A program made the translations under genes and the position numbers. A stretch of DNA of 63,853 nt, filler included, from Chiloscyllium plagiosum (Eukaryota), in the NCBI RefSeq assembly GCF_004010195.1. It is 5 parts of 2 records of this genome, joined end to end, with 100 filler letters (N's around TTAATTAATTAA, not from the genome) between each part and the next. Parts side by side here need not be neighbours in the genome. Positions count along the whole stretch, not along the records: positions 37,187 to 53,532 come from NC_057710.1; 4 more parts are not named here. One strand, written 5' to 3'. The notes beneath the pieces are model-generated. The model did no database searches, was not told the origin of the DNA, and was given only the letters and a program-made list of their open reading frames with translations. This document shows, piece after piece, positions 37,950-50,553 of this stretch. Each line of letters begins with the position of its first letter. The stretch's first letter is position 1.

Positions 37950-38747
37950 TTGCAGATTGTACTGGAGTATAATTCTGCTGCTATTACCAATAACATGGAA
38001 AGATGCAGCTGGCAGATTGGTAAGGATGAGGTCAATTATGTTTTTCCCTCACCACCTGCCTTAACATAAGCTGTTAAGCTTATGTCCTTTAGGACCCTAC
38101 CAGCTTGATCAGTACTACTGCTACTAAGCCAATCTTGGTGTGGACATTGAAATCCCCCACCCAGAATACATTTTGTGCCGTTGCCATTCTCAGTGCTTTC
38201 TCTAAGTGTTGTTCAGCATGAAGGAGTTCTGATTCATCAGCAAAGGGAGGACGGTAATCAGCAGGAGATTTCTTCATCCCATGTTTAACCTGAAGCCATG
38301 AGACTTCATAGGGTCGGGCGACAATCTTAAGGAGGCCCAGGCCAACTCCCTTTGGACTGTATACCACGGTGCTGCCACCTCTGCTAGGTCTGTCCTGCTG
38401 GTGGGGGGACAGGACATATCCAGGGATGGTGATAGTGGTGTCTGGAACTTTGACTGTAAAGTATGATTCTGTGAGTATGACCATGTCTGCCATGGCTTGA
38501 CTAATCTGTGAGGTAATATTCTCAATTTTGGCACTAGCTCCTGGATGTTAGTAAGGAGGACTTGTAGCATGACAGGGCTGTTTCTGTCATTGTCTTTCCC
38601 AGTAGTTTGGTCCATGATAGGTGGTCCATCCAGTTTCATTCCTTTCTTGAGACTTCATCGTGATTGATACAACTGAGTGGTTTTCTCAGCCATTTCAGAG
38701 GGCATTGATAATCAACCACATTGCTGTGGGTCTGGAGTCACGTGTAG
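37950..38747 (-). mobile_element. LINE with SINE-like head, APE endonuclease region
   Basis: ORF 38089..38493: VILTESY, DRPSRGG, YRPP, WVGDFNVH. Confidence 0.85.
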
Positions 38748-38769
38748 AGGATTTACTTCCCTGTAAGCT

Positions 38770-39402
38770 TTTAGCATACTGGCCTTCATCAGTCAGAGTA
38801 CTGAGTTTAGAAGTTGGAAGTTATGTTGCAGTTGGACAAAACATTGGTGAGGCCTCACTTGGAATATTGTGTTCGGTTTTGGTCACCTTATTCAAGGAAA
38901 CATGTTATTAAACTGGCAAGAGTGCAAAAGAGATTTACAAGGATGTTACCTGGAGGCAATGGTCTGAGTTATAGGGAGACGTTCGCCAAGCTAGGACCGT
39001 TTTCTTTAGAGCATAGGAGACTGAGGCAGGACCTTATAGAGGTGTATAAGATCATCAAGGGGATGGGTAGGGTGAATGCACTCAGTCTTTTTCCCAGGGT
39101 TGAGGTATTGAGGACTTGAGGGCATCAGTTTAAGGCTAGAGGGGAAAGAATAAAAGGGAAACTGAGGGGGGACTTTTTTTTACACAGATGGTGGTACACA
39201 TATGGAATGAGCACGCAGTGGAAGTGGGTGAGGCGGGTACGTTAACAAACTTTAAAAGGAATTTGGACAAATACATGGATAGGAAAGGATTAGAAGGATA
39301 TGGGGCAAGTGCAGGGAAATGGGGTTAGCATGGATGGAAAGTTTGGTCGGAATGGACCAGTTTGGGCCAAAGGGCCTCTCTCCATGCTGTAGGGCTCTAT
39401 GA
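38770..39402 (+). mobile_element. CR1 LINE 3' end
   Basis: ORF 38814..39119 (LVRPHLEYCVRFWSPY). Confidence 0.9.
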
Positions 39403-39439
39403 TCACCAGATATGACCAGAGCAGAAGAGTTACCCAGAA

Positions 39440-39900
39440 TGTGTCACCATTCACCGATGCTGTGTGGAATGATGGTCAGACTGAATGTCATATGAGTTGG
39501 CAATGAATACATATATCAAGCGTCAATCATAGATGATTTATTAGATGGAAGCTATTTATTCCAGTTTCACTTAGGGAAGAGATTCTGGACAAGATACAAC
39601 CAGTGACGCATAGGGATCCTCAGGTGCAAGGCTACAGCTTATTTAACTGTACAGAGGCACAAGAATATTGAAGGATATTGACATAACCTTTTGTGAAACA
39701 TGTGACTGTGTAGAGTTGGCAAAAATGTTTTCCATTGTTATCAATAAAGAACAGACTTCACACTGGAAGGATCAGCAAATTTCCAATTCACAGTAAAACA
39801 CAGCTTGGTGAACAACTAGTGATGACATATTTTAGTCTGGGGTCAGATGCTAAGGCAGCTCACATTCTAGAAAAATATTTCAGTTCCCAGAAGCCTCAGT
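39440..39900 (+). mobile_element. Probable Ty3/Gypsy integrase remnant
   Basis: 39543 onward translates RWKLFIPVSLREEILDKI, then in a shifted frame IGILRCKA, and later tgtgaaacatgt (CETC), resembling the Gypsy integrase HHCC region. Confidence 0.45.
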
Positions 39901-41261
39901 AACAGAGATCATGTCAAACAAGAAACAATCAGCAGAACTTTGTAAGTTAACATGATGGTTTCATGAATGCTCCTGTCACTGAATGAAAGTGTCCAAACTA
40001 ATCAACAAATTTGAGTAAGAGGTTTACACACTTCACAGAGAATAAAGCTCTGCTGACACAATTTGCTGCATTCAATTCCATGGAAACCATCACTGAGAAA
40101 GGACAAAGTATGAAACCCTCCATTTTTTCCTCTCCTGCCAACCTATCCAGTACCTCTCCAATGATACACTCATTCGATTGGTGAAACTGGTCCTCACCTT
40201 CAACAATTTCTCCTTCGAATCCTCCTACTTCCTTCAAACCAAAGGGGTAGCCATGGGCACCTGCATAGGCCCCAGCTATGACTACCTCTTTGTAGGATAT
40301 GTGGAACAGTCCATCTTCCAAAGTTACACCGGCACCATCCCCTACCTTTTCCTTTGCTACATTGATGGCTATATCAGCACTACCTCGTGCTCCCATGAGG
40401 AAGTGAACAGTTCACCAACTTCACTAACAACTTCCACTACCTCATGCTCCCATGAGGAAGTGAACAGTTCATCAACTTCACTAACAACTTCCACCCTGAC
40501 CTAAATTCACCTGGACCATCTCGGACACTTCCCTCTCTTCCTGGACGTCTCTACCTCCATCTCCGGCGACCGACTCAACACAGACATCTATTTCAAACCC
40601 ACCAACTCCCACAGCCACTTGGACTACCCTACCCAAGTAAAACTGTGATCTCTTACTCCCAATTCCACCACCTCCGTTGTATCTGCTCTCAGGAGGAGAA
40701 ATTCAAATCCAGGACATCCCAGATGGCCTCCTGTGTCAAGGACTGCAATTTCCGCTCCCACATGATCAACAATGCCCTCTAGCAAATCTCCTCCACTTCC
40801 CACATCTCCGTCCTTGAACTCCACTCCTCTAAACGCAACAGGAATAGAATTACCCTGGTCCTCATCTTCCACCCCACCAATCTCTGGATACAGTGCATCA
40901 TCCTCTGCCATTTCTGCCACCTACAGTCAGACCCCACTACCAGAGATATAGGTCCATACAACCCACCCACATCGGCACTTTCCCTTGCAGCTGCAAGAGG
41001 AGTAAAATCTATGCCCACACATCTTCTCTTACCTCCATCCAAGTCTGAAAAGGGTCTTTTCATATCCAGCAAACATGTTCCTGCACATCCCTCCATCTCA
41101 TCTACTGTGTCTGTTGCTCTCAATAGGGTCTCTGCTACAGCAGGGAGACACAATACCAACTCACAGAACATTTCAGGGAACACCAAACTACTCCACCACC
41201 CTGTAGCTGACCATTTCAACTTCCCCTCCAATCCCCCAAGAATATGCAAATCTTTGTACCG

Positions 41262-41344
41262 GTCAGGGTGGCCGGGCTGTCTAAGGTGCTGTGTTCAGGT
41301 CGCTTTCTCCCCTAGAGGCGTGGGTTCGAATCCCACTCCTGACA
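41262..41344 (+). pseudogene. tRNA-Leu(CAG)-derived sequence, probably a retroposed pseudogene
   Basis: 83 nt: gtcagggtggccgggctgtctaaggtgctgtgttCAGgtcgc...ggttcgaatcccactcctgaca, anticodon at 41296-41298. About 8 differences from the vertebrate tRNA-Leu-CAG sequence as I recall it; no CCA; sits inside a Penelope element. Confidence 0.85.
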
Positions 41345-41353
41345 TTCTCGGTT

Positions 41354-41560
41354 TGTGCATGAAATGAGCTGCCAGAGGATGTGGTGGAGGCTGGTACACT
41401 TGCAACATTTAAGAAGCATTTGGATGGGTATATGAATAGGAGGGGTTTGGAGGGATATGGGCCGGGCGCTGGCAAGTGGGACTAGATTGGGTTGGGATAT
41501 CTGCATGGACAGGTTGGATCGAAGGGTCTCTTTCCATGCTGTACATCTCTATGACTCTAA
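41354..41560 (+). mobile_element. CR1 LINE 3' tail fused to the tRNA copy
   Basis: aatgagctgccagagg...gctgtacatctctatgactcta; same family as 25290-25557 and 46720-46935. Confidence 0.9.
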
Positions 41561-42514
41561 GTCCTGGGCTTCCTTCACCACTAAATCCAAGCCACCTGAC
41601 AACTGGAGGACAAATGTCTCACCTTCCACCTTGGGATTCTTAAACCAAATGGCATCAACATCAACTTCTTTAGTTTCCAAATCTCCCCTCCCCCACCTTA
41701 TCCCAGATCCAACCCTCCAATTCAGCTCCACCTTCTTGAACTATCCTACCTGTCCATCTTCCTTCTCACTGATCCACTCCACCCTCCCCATCAACCTATC
41801 ACAATCACCTTTTACCCGCATCCACCTATCACCTTCACAGCTACCTTCCTGCTTGCCCCACCCCCACCTTTCTATTTATCTCTCAGCCCTCTTCCTCCCC
41901 GCTATATTCCAGATGAAGGGCTTATGCCCGAAACATTGACTATACTGCTCCTCGGATCCTGGCTGACCTGCCCTGCTTTTCCAGCTCGACACAGTTAGAC
42001 AATGTCTGAAGACTCAGGACACAGCAAGAAGAAATTGCCTCGTCCTGTGAACTATGTAACTGCAAAAAAAAAGTCTGTTTCACCAAGGCTGTCATCCCCT
42101 ATGAAGGAAATGCAACAGATTAAATGTTCTTCAGTTTAAAGGGATTTTCAGGGCTTGTGCTGTCAGGAATAGAATCAAAGTCAGCAATATTCAATCAGAG
42201 ACCTGCCAATCTTCCAAGTCTGAAGAGAATAGAGAATAGAGAAATCTCTTGGCCACCTGAATTTATGAAGTCAACGGCCTGGGGGGAGATGGTGTAGTGC
42301 TAATAGTAATTGTATATGCAGTTGAATAAATATTCAAAATGCAAAAGAAAGAAGGTGTACAATGTAAGTGTCTGGAAGGGTTAATGCTAAGGTATATCTT
42401 AAGCATCATACAATATAACAATGCCAGTCAAACTTGGAATGAAAACGGTTTAGGATATCAAAGGATTCAGACTTAACATCTACATCTTCCTCAGTCTCTG
42501 TAACAATATCATGA

Positions 42515-42795
42515 GTTAAAAATCACACAGCACCAGATTATAGTCCAACAGATTTATTTGGAAGCACAATCTTTTGGAATGCTACTCCTTCATCAGATAA
42601 CTGTGGAACAGGATCATAGAACAGGACATTTTGCTATAAATTCTGTTTCTTATGGTCCTGCTCCACTAGTTACCTGACAAAGGAGCAATGCCTGGAAAGC
42701 TTGTACTTCCAAATAAACCTGTTGCACTATAACCTAGTGTTGTTTGATTTTTAACTTTGTCCACCCCCAGTCCAACACCGGCATTTCGACATCAT
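42515..42795. mobile_element. Second Penelope-type terminus family in inverted (hairpin) arrangement
   Basis: Arms agttaaaaatcacacagcaccagattatagtccaacag... / ...cctgttgcactataacctagtgttgtttgatttttaact, each with a decayed CTGATGA-A-GGAG...GAAAGCT motif. Confidence 0.65.
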
Positions 42796-45700
42796 GAATA
42801 TTACACGAGTCTAACTTGTAAATAGTTTCGAGCATGGAATGATCTATTTTCTTCAGACCATCAAATTGTTTTCCTCTATTACACCAGATGCAACAGGCCA
42901 TGCAGACCACAATTCTGAAAGAGGATGATGGCAGAGGGTAGTGAACAATAGAAGAGAGCGCTCATACCATATGATAAGCAGTGAAATGGATTGCTCAGAC
43001 AACACATACAACCTCTGAATAAATGGCACCAGTTCGCTTTTTGCATGTCCACACTACATTGTACTTTTCCCTTCTTGATTTGGTTGCCTTTGATGCAAAA
43101 GGTTGTCCACCAGATGCTTATTGTAATCATTCCCAGTAGCAGAAATTCCCCAGTGCAACTGCTTTGAAGTGCTGTCTCCTTACATGGCTTGTCTAAATGT
43201 TATTGTTTTGCCCCCTTTGTTGAAATGATGGCTTATCAACCAATTCCTGCTGTGCTCTCACCTTGCATGAGCTCCTGATACTCACTGTCAGAAGTAATCC
43301 ATTCAGTTGCCAATATTGCCGCTAATTGCTTCCTTAACTGGCTCAAGTGGCTTTATTCCTTCAGTGAGTAGATTGTCTATATTTTTTGCAGAATATTATT
43401 AAGGGATAAAAAAGAGGTGGGAACAGGGTCTGTGGACAGGATTGGTGCTATTTGCTGTTCTTTTTTACTATCAACCACAACACCTCCAACTATGTGGGAA
43501 TGTTCCTTCCTTGTGTGAAGTTGGATGGCAGCAGACATCAAAATTGTATTCCAGAATGTTTAATCACTTTTACAAAAATGAGGAAAATTAATGACTTTTA
43601 CATATCAGTGAGTAGGTAGCACAGGAACTTCATGTGTTTTTAAATCAAAAATATCATATTTCCCCCATTAGTTTTACTCTTTAAAATGCATAAAAATAAT
43701 GTCTTTTGGCTCTTTCCTAGTGAAACAATTTTCTCCAACACCAAACATTAATGTTGACAGTGTGACGTGTAGTTTTTAAGAAAAAAGGTTTTATCTAGTT
43801 ATTGCAGCTTCATATAATGTACAGCAATATGTCTTTGCTTGTTGAGGACAAGCATGGTCATGACTTCCTTAATCTGGCAACATAAATTTTCATTGTGGAA
43901 TGAAATAAGGCCATGTTCTATCTGACTTTATTTCCATTGACTATAATCATATCAAATAAAAGGATCGACTAAGTGTAAATCTGGCATTTATAAAGCATCC
44001 TATTTTTATAGGCACAGCAATGAAAAGCAACATTACCATGTCGAATATTTTAGCTACAATTGGTAGAAAAACCATCCTATGAAGCAATAAATTCAATCTC
44101 TGGATTCTACAGCTACTGATGGATGGCAAGGGAAGACTTTCTTCTCGACGTATGTTATATCAGATGGAATTTCCACTGATCCAACTGTTATGGGGTGCTC
44201 TCAAGTTTGCAAGATCTAAAATACAGGCGTGATGTTTTCCAGAGTCCACAGTGTTTGCAGGTAAAACAGAAATCAATGGAGTTTACATATTACAGTCACA
44301 AGCCAGATATAATACACACCGTATAGGTATTAAAAGATAAATAGGTGACTCTCCAACACTTCAGTCTGCCTCCAGCATATTATTGCTGCAGCAGGTTCCT
44401 TTTGGGATTTTACCAAGCTGCTCACTTTCTGTGCAATCCCAGCTCCCAATTATTCTGCTCAGAGGTTTTGAGATAACTTGCATCAGGATCAACTGATTTG
44501 CCCTCTCCTTCTTTCTCTCAAATTTTCTTACTACTATTTGTGACTTGATAACCCAAAGACCTTAGGGATCCTAAGGGATCATTCTGAGGTGGGGGTGGGG
44601 ATGCGGGTTAGCGGTGGTGTGATTTGTAGTACAGTTTGCACAAATGGGTTGCATCATCCTGATAGCTGGGCTCTGTACAACTGCAGCAAGCCTGGAAACT
44701 GGAGAACCAGGAGAACAGGAGCAATCTTGCAAGGAGAAGGACTCTGGGAAGAGATAGCTCTCCTTGCACATGACAGAACTCAGCTGTGCCGGGTGTTACA
44801 AGACTGACATGCAGTTAGTCAATGAGGATGTTCAATTGTCATTGGGTCATTATGCCAGTATTTGCTTTGCATTGTGTGGGCGAACTGTAGCCCAATGCTC
44901 ATTTTGTTTGTCTTCACTTTTGGTGGCTGTAAATTGATGATCCCATGTGGGAGGTTGTTTAGGGAGCACTTGCTGTGAGTGCTGAATAGGTTTGTCCCAC
45001 TCAGACAAGGAAAATATGGTAGGGTGAAGGAACTTTGGGTGACAAGAAATGTGGAAAGTCGAGTCAAGAGGATGAAGGAAGCTTACTTAAGGCTGTGGAA
45101 GCAAGGTCAGACAGGACTCTAGAGGGTTACAAGGTAGCCAGGAAGGAACTGAAGAGTGGACTTCAGAGAGCTAGAAGGGGGCACCTTTATCTTTGCTTTC
45201 CTTAAGGTGCTGGCTCATCTTGTAGATCAGTGAATCAAACAAATCCCCACCCATTGTCTATGTAATAGCCTAGCCAGAGAAAGTTTGTCCCCGAGATGGG
45301 AATGTGAATGGCATGGTGGGGGTTGGTAAGGATAAGTAATTTGATGAGCCTATGAACATAAAAACATACAAAACAGTTAGGAACAGGAGTAGGCAATTTA
45401 GCACTCAAGCTTGCTCTATAATTTAATATGATCATGGATGATCTGATTGTAATTTCAAATTCACAATCCCGCCTACTCCTGATAACCTTTCACTCCTTGT
45501 TTAACAAGAATCTATCCATCTTCAGCTTAAAGATATTCAAGGACTCTATTGCCAGCAACTTTTCAGGAAGAAAGCACTGAAGCCTCACAATCCCCTGAAA
45601 AAAACTGACCTCACCATTAAAGATTAGTTTCAATATGTGTGTGAACCATGTCTGCTGACTGAATTGACTCAGTATTAGAGCACTCAAAGAACATCTTTAT

Positions 45701-45964
45701 CTAAAGAGGATGGACAGTTGACAAAATGCCACCATTTAAAATGGACCCAGTATAAATTTCCATTCGAATAATTTGACAACATTTGTGCATGGGCAGGACT
45801 AACTAAATAATATTATTACTTTAACAGTAAATTAACAAAATATTTTCTTATGATATATTGATGTCTGAGGAAAAGCTTTGCTTGTCAAGTGTCAATTGTC
45901 TGTATTACAATTGAAGAGTTCTGAACATACCATAAAATGAGAAAGTGAGAAATTAGTGTAGAAG

Positions 45965-46935
45965 TTACTTCAGTAAGGCATTCAACAAGATTCCCAATGG
46001 GAGACTGGTTAGTAAGGTTAGATCTCATGGAATACAGGGCGAGCTAGCCATTTGGATACAGAACTGGCTCAAAGGTAAAAGACAGAGGGTAGTGGTGGAT
46101 GGTTGTTTTTCAGACTGGAGGCCTGTGACTAGTGGAGTGCCACAAGGATCGGTGCTAGGTCTACTACTTTTCATTATTTGCACAAATTATTTACACAAGG
46201 TCCTAGGGAGTGTTGCTAAACAAAAAGACCTTGGAATGCAGGTTCATAGCTCCTTGAAAGTGGAGTCACAGGTAGATAGGATAGTGAAGAAGGCGTTGGT
46301 ATGCTTTCCTTTATAGGTTAGTGTATTGAGTACAGGAGTTGGGAGGTCATGTTGCAGCTATAAAGAATGTTGGTTAGGCCACTTTTGGAATATTGCATGC
46401 AATTCTGGTCTCCTTCCTATCGGAAAGATGCTGTGAAACTTGAAAGGATTCAGACAAGATTTACAAGGATGTTGCCAGGGTTGGAGGATTTGAGCTATAG
46501 GGAGAGATTGAATAGGCTGGGACTGTTTTCACCGAAGCGTCTTAGGCTGAGGGATGGCCTTACAGAGGTTTATAAAATCATGAGGGGCGTGGATAGGGTA
46601 AATAGACTCCCTGAGATGGGGGAGTCCAGAACTAGAGGGCATATTTTTAGGGTGAGAGGGGAAAGATATAAAAGAGACCTAAGGGGCAACTTTTTCATGC
46701 AGAGGGTGGTGCGTGTATGGAATGAACTGCCAGAGAAAGTGGTGGAGGCTGGTACAATTGCAACATTTAAAAGGCATCTGGATGGGTATATGAATAGGAA
46801 GGGTTTGGAAAGATATGGGCCGGGTGCTGGCAGGTGGGACTAGATTGGGTTGGGATATCTGATCGGCGTGGACAAGTTAGACTAAAGGGTCTGTGTCCAT
46901 GCTGTACATCTCTATGACTTTATGACTCTATGATT
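45965..46935 (+). mobile_element. CR1 LINE RT-to-3' end, internally deleted
   Basis: SGVPQGSVLG (ORF 46092) and ORF 46367..46843; (CTATGACT)n-like tail. Confidence 0.92.
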
Positions 46936-47509
46936 CTGGTGGCCAAAACTTAAATTTTGTGTTGAAACTATAGAAAATCTCAAGCTATTGCAATTTCATT
47001 TTGGACTGAAATAATGTTGCATCTTTTATTGTCTGACTTAGGTATACTAGAATATCCAAGAATTTATCAGACAATTTATCTGATAAAAACATTCAAATGC
47101 TTTTGTCCATCAGACAATATATTTTGTTTGTTAATAGAAATGTATCTTGAAAAATTAAGAGTATAAGTGATCCTTCAGTTAAATTAGTTAATAAATAATT
47201 ACATTCATTAGTAAGCAATCAATTAAATTTTGGAAATCCTGATTACATGGTGCTAATGATTTACACTGTGCAAATTTGAAAGTATATGCTAGAAATTTCC
47301 TGTTGCATTGTTCTTGCAAAGAATGACAAAGAAAATCTTACAGGAGGTAAGCACAACATACAGGATTTTGTTATGTCCTGGGTATTACCATTTCAGTGAG
47401 TAATTACATTATTACATCCAAAGTTACAAACAAGGAACAACAGTAGGCCCTTCGAGCCTGCTATATCATTCAATACGATCATGGCTGATCTGATTTTAAC
47501 CTCAACTCA

Positions 47510-49480
47510 TAAAGGTGGATAAATCCCCTGGATCTTGTCAAATGTACCCTGGAACTCTGTGTGAAGCTAGGGAAGTGATTGCAGGGCCCCTTGTTAAGAT
47601 AGTTGTACTATCCATAGCCACAGGAAAAGTGCCAAAAGACTGGAACTTGGCTAACGTAGTGCCACTGTTTAAGAAAGGTGGTAAGGAAAAGCCAGGCAAC
47701 TCTAGACCAGTGAGCCTGACATTGGTGATGTTCAAGCTGTTGGAGGGAATCCTGACGGACAGGTTTCACGTGTATTTGGTAAGACAAGGACTGATTAGGG
47801 ATAGTCAGCATGACTTTGTGCATAGGAAAGCATGTTTCGCTAACTTGATTGAGTTTTTTAAAGAGGAATTTTGAGGCCAGAGCAGTGGGCATGATCTATA
47901 TGGACTTCTGTAAGGCATTTGACAAGGTTCATCATAGCAGACTTGTTACCAAGATCAGATCACATAGAATAGAGGCAGAACTACCTATTTGGATACAGAA
48001 TTGGCTTGAAGGTAGAAGACAGAGGGCAATGGTGGAGAGCTGCTTTTCGGACTGGAGGCCTGTGCCCAGCAATGAGTCACAGGGATCACTGTTTTTTGTC
48101 ATTCATATTAATGATTTGATGTGAACATAAGACATATGGTTAAGTAGGTTTGCAGATGACACCAAAACTGGAGGTGTTGTGGATAGTGGAGAAGGTTACC
48201 TCAGAGTACTACGGGATCTTGATCAGATGGGTCAAAGGGCTGAGGAGTGGCAGAAGAAGTTTAATTTAGATGAATGTGATGTGCTGCATTTTGGAAAGGC
48301 AAATCAGGGCAAGATTTATACATTTAATGGTAAGGTGCTGGGGAGTGTTGCTATACAAATAGACTTTGGAGTACAGGTTCATAATTCCTTGAAAGTAGAG
48401 TCGCAGGTAGATAGGATAGTGAAAGGGGCATTTGGCATGCTTTCCTTTATTGGTCAGTGCATTGAGTTTGGGAGTTGGGTTGTCATATTGTGGCTATATA
48501 GGATATTGGTTAGGCCACTATTGGAATACTATGTTCAATTCTGGTCTCCCTGTTATAGGAAGGCTGTTGTGAAATTTGAAAAGTTCAGAAAATGTTAATG
48601 AGGATGTTGCCAGGGTTGGAGGTTTCAGCTATAGGGAGACACTGAATAAACTGGGGCTATTTTTTTCTGGAACATCGGAGGCTGAGAGGTGACCATATAG
48701 AGATTTATAAAATCATGGAGGGCATGGATAAGGTAAATAGCCAGGGTCTTTTCCCTGGGGTGGGGAAGTCCAAAACTAGAGGGCATTGGTTTAAGGTGAG
48801 AAGGGAAAGATTTAAAAGGGACTTAAAGGGCAACTTTTTCACACAGACTGTGAGCATGTATGAAATTGTCTGCTACCTTCAAGCCAATTATGTCTGCAAA
48901 TAGCTAGTTCTGCCTTTTTCCATGTGAACTAATGTTGCTAACAAGTCTACCGTCAGAAATCTACTGAAGTCCATATAGATCACATCCATTGCTCTGTCCT
49001 CCAAAATCCTCTTACTTATTTCTTTAAAAAACTCAATCAAGTTAGTGTGACATAATTTCCAAGCACAAAGCCATACTATCCCTAATCAGTCCTTGTCTTT
49101 CCAAATACATATGAATCCTGTCCATCAGGATTCCCTCCAACAGTTTGCACACCACTGATGTCAGGCTCACCGGTCTATAGCTCCCTGACTTTTACTTACC
49201 ACCTTTCTTAAATAGTGATACCATGTTAGCCAATCCCCAGTCTTTTGGCACCTTTCCTGTGGCTACAAATATCTTAACAAGGGGCCCAGCAAGGTGGAGG
49301 CTGATAAAGTTACAAAATTTAAAAGGCATCTGAATAGCTCTATGAATAGGAAGGGTTTAGAGGGATATGTGCCAAATACTGGCGAATGGGACAAGATTTA
49401 TTTAGGAAATCTAGTCAGTATGGATGAATTAAACCAAAGGGTCTATTTCTATACTGTAATTATCTATGACTTTATAACTC
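47510..49480 (+). mobile_element. CR1 LINE RT-to-3' end with an inverted internal segment
   Basis: ORFs at 47515, 47849, 48179, 48715 and 49294 are CR1 ORF2 pieces; ~48940-49292 is approximately the reverse complement of ~47580-47945. Confidence 0.88.
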
Positions 49481-50232
49481 TAATTCCTGCATATAGACAA
49501 TAAATGGTTCTAATAATATGTTGCTTCATTTGTTGTGTGGTTTAATGCCACACTATGACTTTGGGTCCAAGGCTGGTCAAACAAAAAGCCAAGTCAAGAA
49601 TTGAGTTCAGGCTGAGATTTTTAAGTAACATTAATTATTATACTTTCATACTAAATATTGCCATTCTTGGTAATCATAAATGTACCATGTCTTGAATTAG
49701 AGTTATAACAATTAAGGATTAATCTATCACCTTTGTGTGCTCATTTCGATGTGTTCATAAGTCTCACTTAAGTGTATTTCCTGTGTTCCTTCTAGTGTGT
49801 TCCAACTCCACCCACTCTGTTGTTTATTCTCAGTGATGTGCAGCTCCATGACATCTTTGCAAGGTTGCTCCAGGGACAAAAGCTCTTACATAAAATTACA
49901 CAGACAGAAAAATCTAACAGGTCCCTAAAGCAATTCACAGTGTGTTGAGTAACTAGCATCAGCTTAAATTCACAAATGGGACAAGTGCCATTGAATTTAG
50001 TCTCTTGAAATTCCATGCAGTAATTCAATTAAAGATCCTATAAATGCCATAGTCTGAATAATCTAAATCACTTTCTTCAGATTGCAGGTGGTTAAAATCC
50101 TAAAAAAAGCCAGGAAGTGTCTGATTGCAATGTTCCTCAAAATAACCAGTATACAGATTTAATGGATCATACGGCTTTTCTCAATGGCAGTAGTATTTTA
50201 TGATTTTTCGTCATTGTCCATCCAAAAGCTCT

Positions 50233-50553
50233 GTGGTTAGCATTGCTGCCTTATAGCACCAGAGACCCACATTCAATTCCACCCTCGGGTGACTGCCTGT
50301 GTAGAATTTGCACATTCTCCCTGTGTCTGCATGGGTTTTCTCCAGGTGCACCGATTTCCTCCCACTGTGCAGGTTAGGTGAATTGGCTAGGTTAAATTGC
50401 CCAGAGCATTCAGGGTGTGTAGGTTAGGGACATTAGTCAGGGGAAATGTAGTATTATAGGATAAGGGAATAGGTGGGATACTCTTCGGAGGGTCGGTGTG
50501 GACTTGGTGGGCCAAATGTCCCATTTCAACCCTGCAGGGAGTCTATGATTCTA
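50233..50553 (+). mobile_element. HE1 / V-SINE, older variant
   Basis: gtggttagcattgctgcc..., V-domain, tail ctatgattctatga. Confidence 0.85.

Larger units (their letters stand above)
40110..41995 (+). mobile_element. Penelope-like retroelement (RT + GIY-YIG remnant + terminus)
   Basis: ORF 40178..40504: LVLTFNNFSF...FLQTKGVAMGT..GPSY..LFVG...YID (PLE RT). Near 41090: HLIYCVCCSQ*GLCY.RET (GIY-YIG remnant). 57-bp tandem duplication at 40378-40491. Hammerhead-like terminus at 41910-41935. Confidence 0.88.

Noticed and set aside
41262..41344. Functional tRNA-Leu gene
   Set aside because: Substitutions in the A-box/D-arm and anticodon stem, no TTTT terminator, and it sits inside a retroelement fused to a LINE tail, so it is treated as a retrocopy.
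42880..44520. Exon-like, non-repetitive stretch with candidate splice sites (e.g. 44011/44261)
   Set aside because: The frames I translated all hit stops and gave no recognisable protein.
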